From the IMG/VR virus record IMGVR_UViG_3300044615_000893: a stretch of DNA of 29,767 nt; one strand, 5' to 3'. This DNA comes from a virus. A model generated the notes under the pieces. The model was not told where the DNA came from and did no database searches. It saw nothing but the letters and a program-made list of their open reading frames with translations. Shown here piece by piece: positions 17,155-24,644 of the stretch (position 1 is the stretch's first letter; every line of letters starts with the position of its first letter). The translations under genes were made by a program, and so were the position numbers.

Positions 17155-18440
17155 TGCGTTACCTCTCCGTCTGCTCCGGCATGGAAGCAGCCTCCGTCGC
17201 TTGGCACCCGCTCGGCTGGACTCCAGTCGGCTTCTCCGAGATCGAACCCTTCCCCTGCGCTATCCTCAAACACCGTTTTCCCAACACCCCAAACTATGGC
17301 TCACTCACCGAATACCAATCATGGCCCCTCGAACCCGGAGCAATCGACCTTCTGGTCGGAGGCACACCCTGCCAATCCTTCTCCGTCGCTGGACTCCGCA
17401 AAGGACTTACCGACCCAAGGGGCAACCTCGCCCTCACCTTTCTTGGACTGGCTGACAAACTCAAACCCCGCTGGATCGTCTGGGAAAATGTCCCCGGTGT
17501 CCTGTCTTCGGGAGGAGGGCGGGACTTTGGTTCCTTCCTCGGGGCGTTGGTCGAACTCGGGTATGGGTTCGCCTACCGAGTGCTGGACGCTCAACACTTC
17601 GGAGTTCCCCAGCGTCGTCGTCGAGTCTTCGTTGTCGCGTGTCTTGGAGACTGGCGAGCTGCCGCCGAGGTTCTATCTCTCCGCGAAGGCTTGCGCGGGT
17701 ATCTTGAGACGGGCAACAAAAAGAGGAAAGGCCCTGCCGCCGATGCTGGAACAAGCGTTGAGGCAGGCGGCCCGATCGGAGTCGATTTCCGGCACGAGCG
17801 ATTTGAGCGAGACGGAACAGTAGGAACCATTCAGTCTAAAAGCACAGGCGGTTACAGTCTCAACTATGCCCCTGGCGTTGCCATCCCTTATCGCAAATCC
17901 AAGCGCGCCTGCTCCACGACCGACAACGAGACTTGGGTTCCAGCCGACGCCAGCAACACGCTGAACAACTTCGACCTCGGGGACACGCGGACGACTCACG
18001 CCGTCGTGCAGCACCAGATGCCAGGCTCCGTAGCCCCGACGATCGGCGCAAGCGGCCCTCCCTACTCACGCACCGGGAACGAACGCGTCGAGGCCGAGGC
18101 GTTGGCCGTAACTACTTCTTCTCCTTTGCATTTTGACACCTACAACCAGACGACATCGGACATCAGCTTTACGCTTTCTTGTTCCGCTTCTGACGCGAAC
18201 CATACTGGGACTGTATTCGTTCCGAATATGGCTGTCCGACGCCTGACGCCGGTCGAGTGCGAACGCTTGCAAGGTTTCCCCGACAACTGGTCGCGTATCA
18301 GTTGGAAGGGAAAGCCCGAGGAAGACTGTCCCGACGGGCCTAGATACAAGGCCTGCGGGAACTCAATGGCCGTACCAGTCATGCGCTGGATCGGCGAACG
18401 CATCGCCGCCGTAGACGCAACCCTTCCCTCCCATGCCTGA
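17154..18440 (+). CDS. dcm: DNA (cytosine-5)-methyltransferase
   Basis: Track ORF 16725..18440 trimmed to the ATG at 17154. C5-MTase motifs are present in order: I LSVCSGMEA, IV GGTPCQSFSVAG, VI WENVPGVLS, VIII QRRRRVFVV, then RRLTPVECERLQGFPDNW and X YKACGNSMAVPV. Confidence 0.95.
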   Translation: MRYLSVCSGMEAASVAWHPLGWTPVGFSEIEPFPCAILKHRFPNTPNYGSLTEYQSWPLEPGAIDLLVGGTPCQSFSVAGLRKGLTDPRGNLALTFLGLADKLKPRWIVWENVPGVLSSGGGRDFGSFLGALVELGYGFAYRVLDAQHFGVPQRRRRVFVVACLGDWRAAAEVLSLREGLRGYLETGNKKRKGPAADAGTSVEAGGPIGVDFRHERFERDGTVGTIQSKSTGGYSLNYAPGVAIPYRKSKRACSTTDNETWVPADASNTLNNFDLGDTRTTHAVVQHQMPGSVAPTIGASGPPYSRTGNERVEAEALAVTTSSPLHFDTYNQTTSDISFTLSCSASDANHTGTVFVPNMAVRRLTPVECERLQGFPDNWSRISWKGKPEEDCPDGPRYKACGNSMAVPVMRWIGERIAAVDATLPSHA

Positions 18441-18801
18441 CCCATCCCACCGCCCCTACAATCCCATGACCATCATCCGACCCGACTCCCTCCCCCGCCT
18501 CTGGTGGCTCTTCCCCTGGAGCATCGCCCGTCAGCTGCACAAGAACGCCGTGGCCATCCGCAAGATGGCTGACAACCAGTCCACGACCATCACCAATCAG
18601 GCCAACATCCTCGGCCGATACATGGATGAGAACCGCGAACTGAAGGCCGAGGTCACCCGGCTCTCCCACTCCCGCGAGCATTGGATCGCCAAGCACGACC
18701 GGGCCTACGCCGTCGCCATGCACAACGAGCGAGTCATCGCCGACTTGGAAAGCCGTATCATCCGCGGCGCCATCACCCCCGACGCCCATCCCCATGAGTA
18801 G
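18433..18801 (+). CDS. Hypothetical coiled-coil protein (EN.ELKAEV.RL motif family)
   Basis: 122 aa; overlaps the MTase stop. Contains ENRELKAEVTRLS. Confidence 0.5.
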   Translation: MPDPSHRPYNPMTIIRPDSLPRLWWLFPWSIARQLHKNAVAIRKMADNQSTTITNQANILGRYMDENRELKAEVTRLSHSREHWIAKHDRAYAVAMHNERVIADLESRIIRGAITPDAHPHE

Positions 18802-19078
18802 TTTCCGCCACCTCGACGGGATGGTCGCCCTGCTCTCCGAGGTGTATGAAATCAATGAGCGCATCATGACCGGGGACATCTGCTCCGCCAAGTCGGCCAT
18901 CGCCTCGACCCGCATGAAGAAACTCCTGCACCACTATCACGAGGCCCTGCACGAGGACGGCGCCGTGAAGGTCTCGCTCCAGGCTTACGCCGCCGCCGGT
19001 GGCTGGGTCGGCATAACCTACTCCTACGAGCTCGACGGCTTCGAGGTCGCCGGATCACAAGTCCCGAGACGCGTATGA
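18794..19078 (+). CDS. Hypothetical protein
   Basis: 94-aa ORF with coupled overlaps on both sides. Confidence 0.45.
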   Translation: MSSFRHLDGMVALLSEVYEINERIMTGDICSAKSAIASTRMKKLLHHYHEALHEDGAVKVSLQAYAAAGGWVGITYSYELDGFEVAGSQVPRRV

Positions 19079-19434
19079 GCGAAGACTTTAAAATCTGGTG
19101 GCACAGAGAAGGAAGCGGAATGCCCCCGCTTAAGGGCGAAGACGCCTCCGAACACGTCGAACGGGTCAGCGCCATCGCCTGGTCTAACGGCGCATACAAG
19201 GCGACCGAAGCGCTCAAGGCCGAGAACGCCCGTCTCAAGACAGAGGTCGAGCATCTGATGATTTTCTGCAATTGCACCCTCATCCCTAACAAGGAATTAC
19301 AGGCACAGGTCGAGCGGCTGACCAAGGCCATTGATTTGACTATCATCGACCTTGATGAACGCCACGAAAGACAAGACCTTCGGGCTTGGGAGTTTGCTGA
19401 ACTTCTACGAAAGGCCAAAGGGGTGCAGTCGTGA
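19075..19434 (+). CDS. Hypothetical coiled-coil protein (ENARLK.EVE.L family)
   Basis: 119 aa. Contains AENARLKTEVEHL and LQAQVERLTKA. Shares nucleotide repeats with the next gene. Confidence 0.5.
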   Translation: MSEDFKIWWHREGSGMPPLKGEDASEHVERVSAIAWSNGAYKATEALKAENARLKTEVEHLMIFCNCTLIPNKELQAQVERLTKAIDLTIIDLDERHERQDLRAWEFAELLRKAKGVQS

Positions 19435-19799
19435 GCGAACCGAAGCGATACAACGAGGAGATGGTCAACATCTCCAATGGCGACCCTTGCGGTGAAATCG
19501 AATTCGATTATTCGGCAAGTATGGTCGAAGCATTTGAAGGTCGATGGGTAGCGTGGGAGGACTACGCCGAACTCAAGGCCGAAGCCGAGCGGTATCGTCT
19601 GGCAAGCCTCCGTGTCGATGTGAGTGAACTACACGCACAGTTCAACCGAGCATTGTTCGATGATACTATTGCCGAGAACGCCCGCCTCAAGGCCGAGGTC
19701 GAGCGGCTGACCAAGGCAGGGGACAATGTTGCCAACTTTCTTGGACCTTGCTATGCCGTCCGTGAATGGAACAAAGCCAAGGAGGGCAAGCAGCCATGA
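19431..19799 (+). CDS. Hypothetical coiled-coil protein (ENARLKAEVERLTKA family)
   Basis: 122 aa; GTG start with a GTGA overlap. Contains AENARLKAEVERLTKAGD. Confidence 0.5.
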   Translation: MSEPKRYNEEMVNISNGDPCGEIEFDYSASMVEAFEGRWVAWEDYAELKAEAERYRLASLRVDVSELHAQFNRALFDDTIAENARLKAEVERLTKAGDNVANFLGPCYAVREWNKAKEGKQP

Positions 19800-20251
19800 T
19801 TAAGCCCATGCGCCCTTTCTCCATCATCGCCCTGCTGCTCCTCGGCTTCAACGCCGCCGCCGCAGCTGAGGCCACCCTGCTGGAATGCATCGCCATGGTC
19901 GAGTCCGGCCAGAACCGCAAGGCCGTGGGCAAGGCCGGAGAGCGCGGGATGTATCAGGTCGGAAAGGCCGCATGGGACGACGCCTCCGCCCGCCTCAAGG
20001 CCGAGGGCCATTACTCCTTCCCCTGGTCTAAGTGGCGCGACGCTACGGCGCAGGACATGGTCGCCGCTTCGCACCTCCGCTGGATCAGGTCGAACTTCCA
20101 CCGCGTCGGCATGACTGACCCGACTCCCGAACAACTCGCCCTAGTCTGGAACGTCGGCTGGACCGCCGCTCAAGCCCAAGGCTTCCGGGCGAACGGCTAC
20201 GCTTTCCGCGTGGCTAACCTTTTCCGCTTGTCCTCGGCCAAGCCCCGATAA
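19796..20251 (+). CDS. Endolysin: SLT-domain lytic transglycosylase with N-terminal signal/SAR sequence
   Basis: Track ORF 19766..20251 trimmed to the ATG at 19796 (ATGA overlap), with aaggaggg 10 nt upstream. The N-terminus MIKPMRPFSIIALLLLGFNAAAAAEA is signal-like. SLT catalytic motif: MVESGQNRKAVGKAGERGMYQV. Confidence 0.8.
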   Translation: MIKPMRPFSIIALLLLGFNAAAAAEATLLECIAMVESGQNRKAVGKAGERGMYQVGKAAWDDASARLKAEGHYSFPWSKWRDATAQDMVAASHLRWIRSNFHRVGMTDPTPEQLALVWNVGWTAAQAQGFRANGYAFRVANLFRLSSAKPR

Positions 20252-20262
20252 AGGGTCTTGCC

Positions 20263-20727
20263 GTGGCTCATCTCATCGTGGCAATAGACCCTGGCGTAAA
20301 CGGCGGCATTGTCTGGTCGGCAGACGGTGACCCGGTGGAGTGCGCGAAGATGCCGTCGTCAGACATCGAGGTCTGCCAACTCCTGGCTGATCTCAGCTGC
20401 AAGGCCAAGGACGTCAGCCTCTACCTTGAGGAACCTCCGCTCTTCGCGGGCAAGAACATCCCCGGCTCCGCCATCGGCAAACTGATGTGGAACACGGGCG
20501 TCCTCTACGGCGCCGCCGTCGCCATGGGCTGGAAAATCCACCGCATCCGTCCGGCCATCTGGCAGAAGACGCACACCTGTGGCACGAAGGGCGACCTGAC
20601 CACGACCCAGTGGAAAAACAAGCTGAAGGCCCGGGCCGCAGAACTTTACCCCACCGTCGACGTCACCCTCTGGAACGCCGACGCCCTCCTCATCTTCGAC
20701 TCCGCCACCCGCGGCGTCATCAACTAA
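20263..20727 (+). CDS. RuvC-like Holliday junction resolvase
   Basis: GTG start. The N-terminal LIVAIDPGVNGG (catalytic Asp) and C-terminal NADALLIFD are typical of phage RuvC-family resolvases. Confidence 0.75.
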   Translation: MAHLIVAIDPGVNGGIVWSADGDPVECAKMPSSDIEVCQLLADLSCKAKDVSLYLEEPPLFAGKNIPGSAIGKLMWNTGVLYGAAVAMGWKIHRIRPAIWQKTHTCGTKGDLTTTQWKNKLKARAAELYPTVDVTLWNADALLIFDSATRGVIN

Positions 20728-20734
20728 TCTCCCC

Positions 20735-20956
20735 ATGAAGAAAGACTCCAAACTTCCGACTGAATACCGCATCATCGCGGACTCGTCATACATCGTATTA
20801 CCCGATCAGAAGGTCGCCCGACTCCTGACGCCCACCGTCCGCAACGGCGTGACGTACTACAACCTCTTCGTCCCCGACTACACGCGGATGTCCCTCGCCG
20901 ACATCGAGGCCACCATCAAGGCCGGCGAAGTCACGAAGGCCGACGCCACCAAATAA
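20735..20956 (+). CDS. Hypothetical protein
   Basis: 73-aa ORF in a ccccATG context. Confidence 0.45.
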   Translation: MKKDSKLPTEYRIIADSSYIVLPDQKVARLLTPTVRNGVTYYNLFVPDYTRMSLADIEATIKAGEVTKADATK

Positions 20957-20964
20957 TCTCCACC

Positions 20965-21429
20965 ATGAGCACCAAACCCACGCCCCCCACCTCCGCCACC
21001 GCGTCCCTCGTCCAAGCGCTCGCCGCCCTGGACAACGTGAAGGCCAACAAAATCAACCCGGCCTTCAAGGCCAAGTACGTCTCCCTCGACGCGCTGCTCG
21101 ACGCCATCAAGCCGGTGCTGCTCGACCACGACCTCGCTCTGATCCAGACGCTCGTCAGCCAGGAGGGCAAGGTCGGCGTCTCGACCGCCTTCCTGCACAG
21201 CTCCGGCGAACGCTTCGAGTTCGGCACCCTGCTCGTCAAGGCCGAGGGTCTGACCGCCCAACAGATCGGCGGAGCCATCACCTACATCCGCCGGCAGTCC
21301 ATCCAGACCGCGTGCGGCATCTCGGTCGACCTCGACGACGACGGCGCCGTGGCCTCTGGCTTCCGTTCTGCGGCCTCTTCGCAGTCCATCCTAGGCGGTG
21401 CCTCCACCCCCCGCCCCCTGACCAAATGA
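20965..21429 (+). CDS. Erf-family single-strand annealing protein (candidate)
   Basis: NPAFKAKYVSLDALLDAIKPVLLDHDLALIQ and QQIGGAITYIRRQSIQTACGISVDLDDDG match the two conserved Erf blocks as I recall them. Confidence 0.65.
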   Translation: MSTKPTPPTSATASLVQALAALDNVKANKINPAFKAKYVSLDALLDAIKPVLLDHDLALIQTLVSQEGKVGVSTAFLHSSGERFEFGTLLVKAEGLTAQQIGGAITYIRRQSIQTACGISVDLDDDGAVASGFRSAASSQSILGGASTPRPLTK

Positions 21430-21620
21430 GCCAGCCCCTTCTTACCCGAGAAGAACTGGCATCCGCCCTCGGTGTCCACAAGACAACGATCACCCGACTA
21501 ACCGCCCTCGGACGCATCCCCTTCGTCTCCGTCGGTCGTCGGGGCAAGCGATACGACCGCGATGCCGTCGTCGTCGCCCTGTCCGTCTTTAACTCCAACC
21601 CCAAGCCCCTGACCAAATGA
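21426..21620 (+). CDS. Excisionase/MerR-type (HTH_17-like) DNA-binding protein
   Basis: Track ORF 21312..21620 trimmed to the ATG at 21426 (ATGA overlap). LLTREELASALGVHKTTITRLTALGRIPFVSVGRRGKRYDRDAV fits the Xis/AlpA-type winged HTH. Confidence 0.6.
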   Translation: MSQPLLTREELASALGVHKTTITRLTALGRIPFVSVGRRGKRYDRDAVVVALSVFNSNPKPLTK

Positions 21621-21862
21621 GCGACCCTAAGCCCTTCGACCCCTTCGACCCCATCTCCGCCGCGATGGGCGCCATGCACAGCCAGAACCTCCTCGCCGCC
21701 GAAGAGGCCAAGCGCAAGGCCATCATCTACGCTGGCAACGAACTCGCCCGCGTCCTCGATGACATCATGCAGTCTGAGCTCTGCCAGTTCGACGCCATCT
21801 CGAAGGCCTGCTGCATCGCCACCATCGCCAAGTGGAACCGCGCCAAGACCGGGCAACTGTGA
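21617..21862 (+). CDS. Hypothetical protein
   Basis: 81-aa ORF with coupled overlaps. Confidence 0.45.
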   Translation: MSDPKPFDPFDPISAAMGAMHSQNLLAAEEAKRKAIIYAGNELARVLDDIMQSELCQFDAISKACCIATIAKWNRAKTGQL

Positions 21863-22110
21863 TGGCCGACGTCCCCAAGGGCATCGAACGGATCGCGGCC
21901 ACCGTGCCCAAGCAGTACGCGCTGCTGCTCTTCCTGGACGGGTTCCCTTACGTCGAGTTCACCGCCCGCAAACACGCCGACTTCCTGACCGACCTCAACG
22001 CGTGGAAGCGCAAGACCTACCCGTCCCTGTCCCGCTCCGCCGTCCGTTTCTTTACGCTTGCCCCTAATGGGGAGATAAAGGAACTTACCTTCACGCCCGT
22101 CCGCTCATGA
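21862..22110 (+). CDS. Hypothetical protein
   Basis: Track ORF 21832..22110 trimmed to the ATG at 21862, which overlaps the preceding TGA. Confidence 0.45.
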   Translation: MADVPKGIERIAATVPKQYALLLFLDGFPYVEFTARKHADFLTDLNAWKRKTYPSLSRSAVRFFTLAPNGEIKELTFTPVRS

Positions 22111-22460
22111 CCAACCGCGAAAACATCAAGCGCCTCGTCGAGAACATCACGGGCTCGCTCGCCACCGTCCAGCACATCGCCGGACGTTATGAACAGCACG
22201 ACGCCGACATCATCACGCTCTCCGACCTCAACCGCTCGGCCATCACCGAGCTTCAGGTCTTCACCGATCACATCGAGACCGCCGATGAGTCCGCCCAGGT
22301 CAAGCCGCTCCATGACCGCGTCCACGTCCTCGTCGTCCAGCTGCGCGTCCTGCGGAATACGCTCGAGGCCATGGAGAACGCCGCCGAGTCCGCCCTTGAA
22401 GACGTGCGCCGCATCTCCGCCAGCGTCGAGGAAGCGAACCCCGAAGACGACAGCCTGTGA
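22107..22460 (+). CDS. Hypothetical acidic helical protein
   Basis: 117 aa. My count is 22 D/E versus 11 K/R. ATGA overlap. Confidence 0.45.
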   Translation: MTNRENIKRLVENITGSLATVQHIAGRYEQHDADIITLSDLNRSAITELQVFTDHIETADESAQVKPLHDRVHVLVVQLRVLRNTLEAMENAAESALEDVRRISASVEEANPEDDSL

Positions 22461-22756
22461 GCAAGGCCTGCGAACTGTGCAAGGGTGCCTGCTGTGAAAG
22501 CATCCTCCTGCCCATCAGCCCTAGCCCGACCTCGACCGAGTTCTACTCTGCTCGCGGCTCGGTCTTCCATATCGCCGGGAGCACCTTCGCCGAAGTCCCT
22601 GCCCGATGCCCGCACCTGTCAGGCTCCGGCAAGTGCAAGACCTACGCCAGCCGCCCGGTCGCATGCTCCCGCTTCACCGTCGGCTCCGTGATGTGCCTGA
22701 CCGCCATCGAGCGCCGTCGCCCCGATCAGGCCGATGCCATCATCGCCTTGCTCTAA
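22457..22756 (+). CDS. YkgJ-family (CxxCxxCC) putative zinc/iron-chelating protein
   Basis: GTG start. N-terminal CELCKGACCE plus CPHLSGSGKCKTYASRPVACSRF match the UPF0153/YkgJ pattern. Confidence 0.55.
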   Translation: MSKACELCKGACCESILLPISPSPTSTEFYSARGSVFHIAGSTFAEVPARCPHLSGSGKCKTYASRPVACSRFTVGSVMCLTAIERRRPDQADAIIALL

Positions 22757-22791
22757 TTTCCCACCAACCCAGAACACCAACACACCATCCC

Positions 22792-23598
22792 ATGCCCGAC
22801 CTCATCACCGAACGCGTCATCTATGACGGCATCCAAGCGCTCAACCAATCCGGCGCGAAGGAACTGCTCAAGTCCCCGGCTCACTACCAGGCTTACCTCG
22901 CCCGCACCCGCGAGGAGTCCAAGGCCCTGCGCGTAGGCACCGCCGTCCACAAGCTGGCCCTCGAAGGGCTCGACGCCTACAACGCCACGCACGCCATCGC
23001 CCCGGACGTGGACAAGCGCACGAAGGAAGGCAAGGCCGAGTGGGCCGAGTTCGTCACCGCCAACGAAGGCAAGGCCATCCTGACCGCCGAAGAAGGCGCC
23101 CTCGTCGACGCCGTCGCCAACTCCGCTGCGGCCTGCATGAAGCAGAACGGCATCGTCCTGACAAAGACCGAAGTCATGTTCACCGCCTTCCTCGGCGATA
23201 CCCTGGTCAAGTGCGCCATCGACGGCATCTCCGACGACGGCTACATCTACGACCTGAAGACGTGTGAGGACGCCAGCCCTCGCGGATTTTTGGCTGCATC
23301 CCGCAAGTATAATTACGCCCTGCAAAATTACTTCTACCGGCACGCCGTCGAGTCCGCCTACAAGTGCCGGGTGCTTGGCTTCCGCTTCATCGCCGTCGAG
23401 AAGGAGCCGCCCTACGCCCACGCGGTCTACGAGCTGGGGCCGGAACTGATGACCGGGGCCGCCTTCGACTTCGAGCGCGCGCTGACCCTGTATAAGGAAT
23501 GCACCGCCTCGGGCAACTGGCCCGGCTACCAGACCGAGATCACCACCATCGACATCGCCGCCAAACCCAGCGCCGCGACTAACATCAACTTCGCCTAA
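22792..23598 (+). CDS. PD-(D/E)XK exonuclease, RecE C-terminal/DUF3799-like
   Basis: Track ORF 22606..23598 trimmed to the ATG at 22792. NQSGAKELLKSPAHYQAY....ALRVGTAVHKLALEG and IYDLKTCEDASP...YNYALQNYFY resemble the exodeoxyribonuclease VIII-type PDDEXK family. It sits in a recombination module with Erf. Confidence 0.6.
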   Translation: MPDLITERVIYDGIQALNQSGAKELLKSPAHYQAYLARTREESKALRVGTAVHKLALEGLDAYNATHAIAPDVDKRTKEGKAEWAEFVTANEGKAILTAEEGALVDAVANSAAACMKQNGIVLTKTEVMFTAFLGDTLVKCAIDGISDDGYIYDLKTCEDASPRGFLAASRKYNYALQNYFYRHAVESAYKCRVLGFRFIAVEKEPPYAHAVYELGPELMTGAAFDFERALTLYKECTASGNWPGYQTEITTIDIAAKPSAATNINFA

Positions 23599-23602
23599 TA
23601 CC

Positions 23603-24046
23603 ATGACCACCGATAACAACGACCGCCCCCCGCTCACGTCCATCAGCACGAACGGCACCTACAAGCTGAAACTCATCAAGCCCAAGTTCGAGAAGGTCAA
23701 ACAGTGGGAGGACGGCACCACGTCCTGCCGCCTGTTCTTCGTCGACGACAAGGGCTTCTGCCTGTCGAAGAACTTCTCCAGCAAATACGGCAAGGCCCTC
23801 GCCATGCTCGTCGGCAAGTTCTCCGGCAAGTATACCAACGAGATCCGTCTGGACGCTACCCCCGCCGAGTATATGCAGTATCTCGAGCCCGCCTGCGGCC
23901 AGACCATCCTCGTCGGCGTCGAGGTCGAGGCCAACGGCGAGTGGCAGGGGAAGCCTCAGTACAAGTACAAGATGACCTACCCGCGCGGCTCCCAGAAGCC
24001 GACCGCCCCCGAAGAGCCGCTGCCCCCCGAAGGCGTCCCCTTCTAA
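23603..24046 (+). CDS. Putative ssDNA-binding protein (DUF669-like), ends in ...EGVPF
   Basis: 147 aa, located next to the exonuclease/annealase genes. GTYKLKLIKPKFEKVKQWEDG..CRLFFVDDKG resembles DUF669. The Pro-rich acidic C-terminal tail ends in PF, like SSB tips. Confidence 0.35.
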   Translation: MTTDNNDRPPLTSISTNGTYKLKLIKPKFEKVKQWEDGTTSCRLFFVDDKGFCLSKNFSSKYGKALAMLVGKFSGKYTNEIRLDATPAEYMQYLEPACGQTILVGVEVEANGEWQGKPQYKYKMTYPRGSQKPTAPEEPLPPEGVPF

Positions 24047-24050
24047 TCCC

Positions 24051-24644
24051 GTGACCGAAGCACCCACGCCGATGTCCGCCCCGACGCTCGTCCTGATCGC
24101 AGGCTATGCCAGGGCGGGCAAGGACACGCTCGCCTCCGGCATCCTCGAGTGGTCCCAGCGGCCCGCCGAGCATATCAACTTTGCCGACGCCCTCAAGGAG
24201 GCCGCGAACCACTACATGGATTACCTCGGCCTTGATGGGGACTTCTTCAAGGAGGACTTCAAGGTCGATAACCGCGACTTCCTCGTCCACGCGGGCAAGT
24301 TCGCACGGCGCATGGATCGGGACGTCTTCGCCCGCCACTTCGCCAACTGGTGCCCGGTCATGAAGCACCACGACCAACCATCCCCCGAGACGGTCGTCTG
24401 CTCCGATTGGCGCTACGTCAACGAGCTGCGCGTCTGCCAGGACATCCTCTGGGAGAAGGGCTGGAAGGTCCGCACCATCTACGTCGCCACCGCTGGGGTC
24501 GGTCCGGCCAACGACGAAGAGCTCGACAGCATCGCCGAGATACGTGCGTCCCACCTGTTCGACCAGGAGTATATCTTCAGGCCGTCCTCGCGTAACGCAA
24601 TCATGACCGAAGGCCGCAACCTAGCCCGCTCATGGAAACTCTGA
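24051..24644 (+). CDS. dNMP kinase-like P-loop protein
   Basis: GTG start. P-loop LIAGYARAGKDT, FADALK, and VVCSDWRYVNE resemble phage deoxynucleoside-monophosphate kinases. Confidence 0.5.
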   Translation: MTEAPTPMSAPTLVLIAGYARAGKDTLASGILEWSQRPAEHINFADALKEAANHYMDYLGLDGDFFKEDFKVDNRDFLVHAGKFARRMDRDVFARHFANWCPVMKHHDQPSPETVVCSDWRYVNELRVCQDILWEKGWKVRTIYVATAGVGPANDEELDSIAEIRASHLFDQEYIFRPSSRNAIMTEGRNLARSWKL

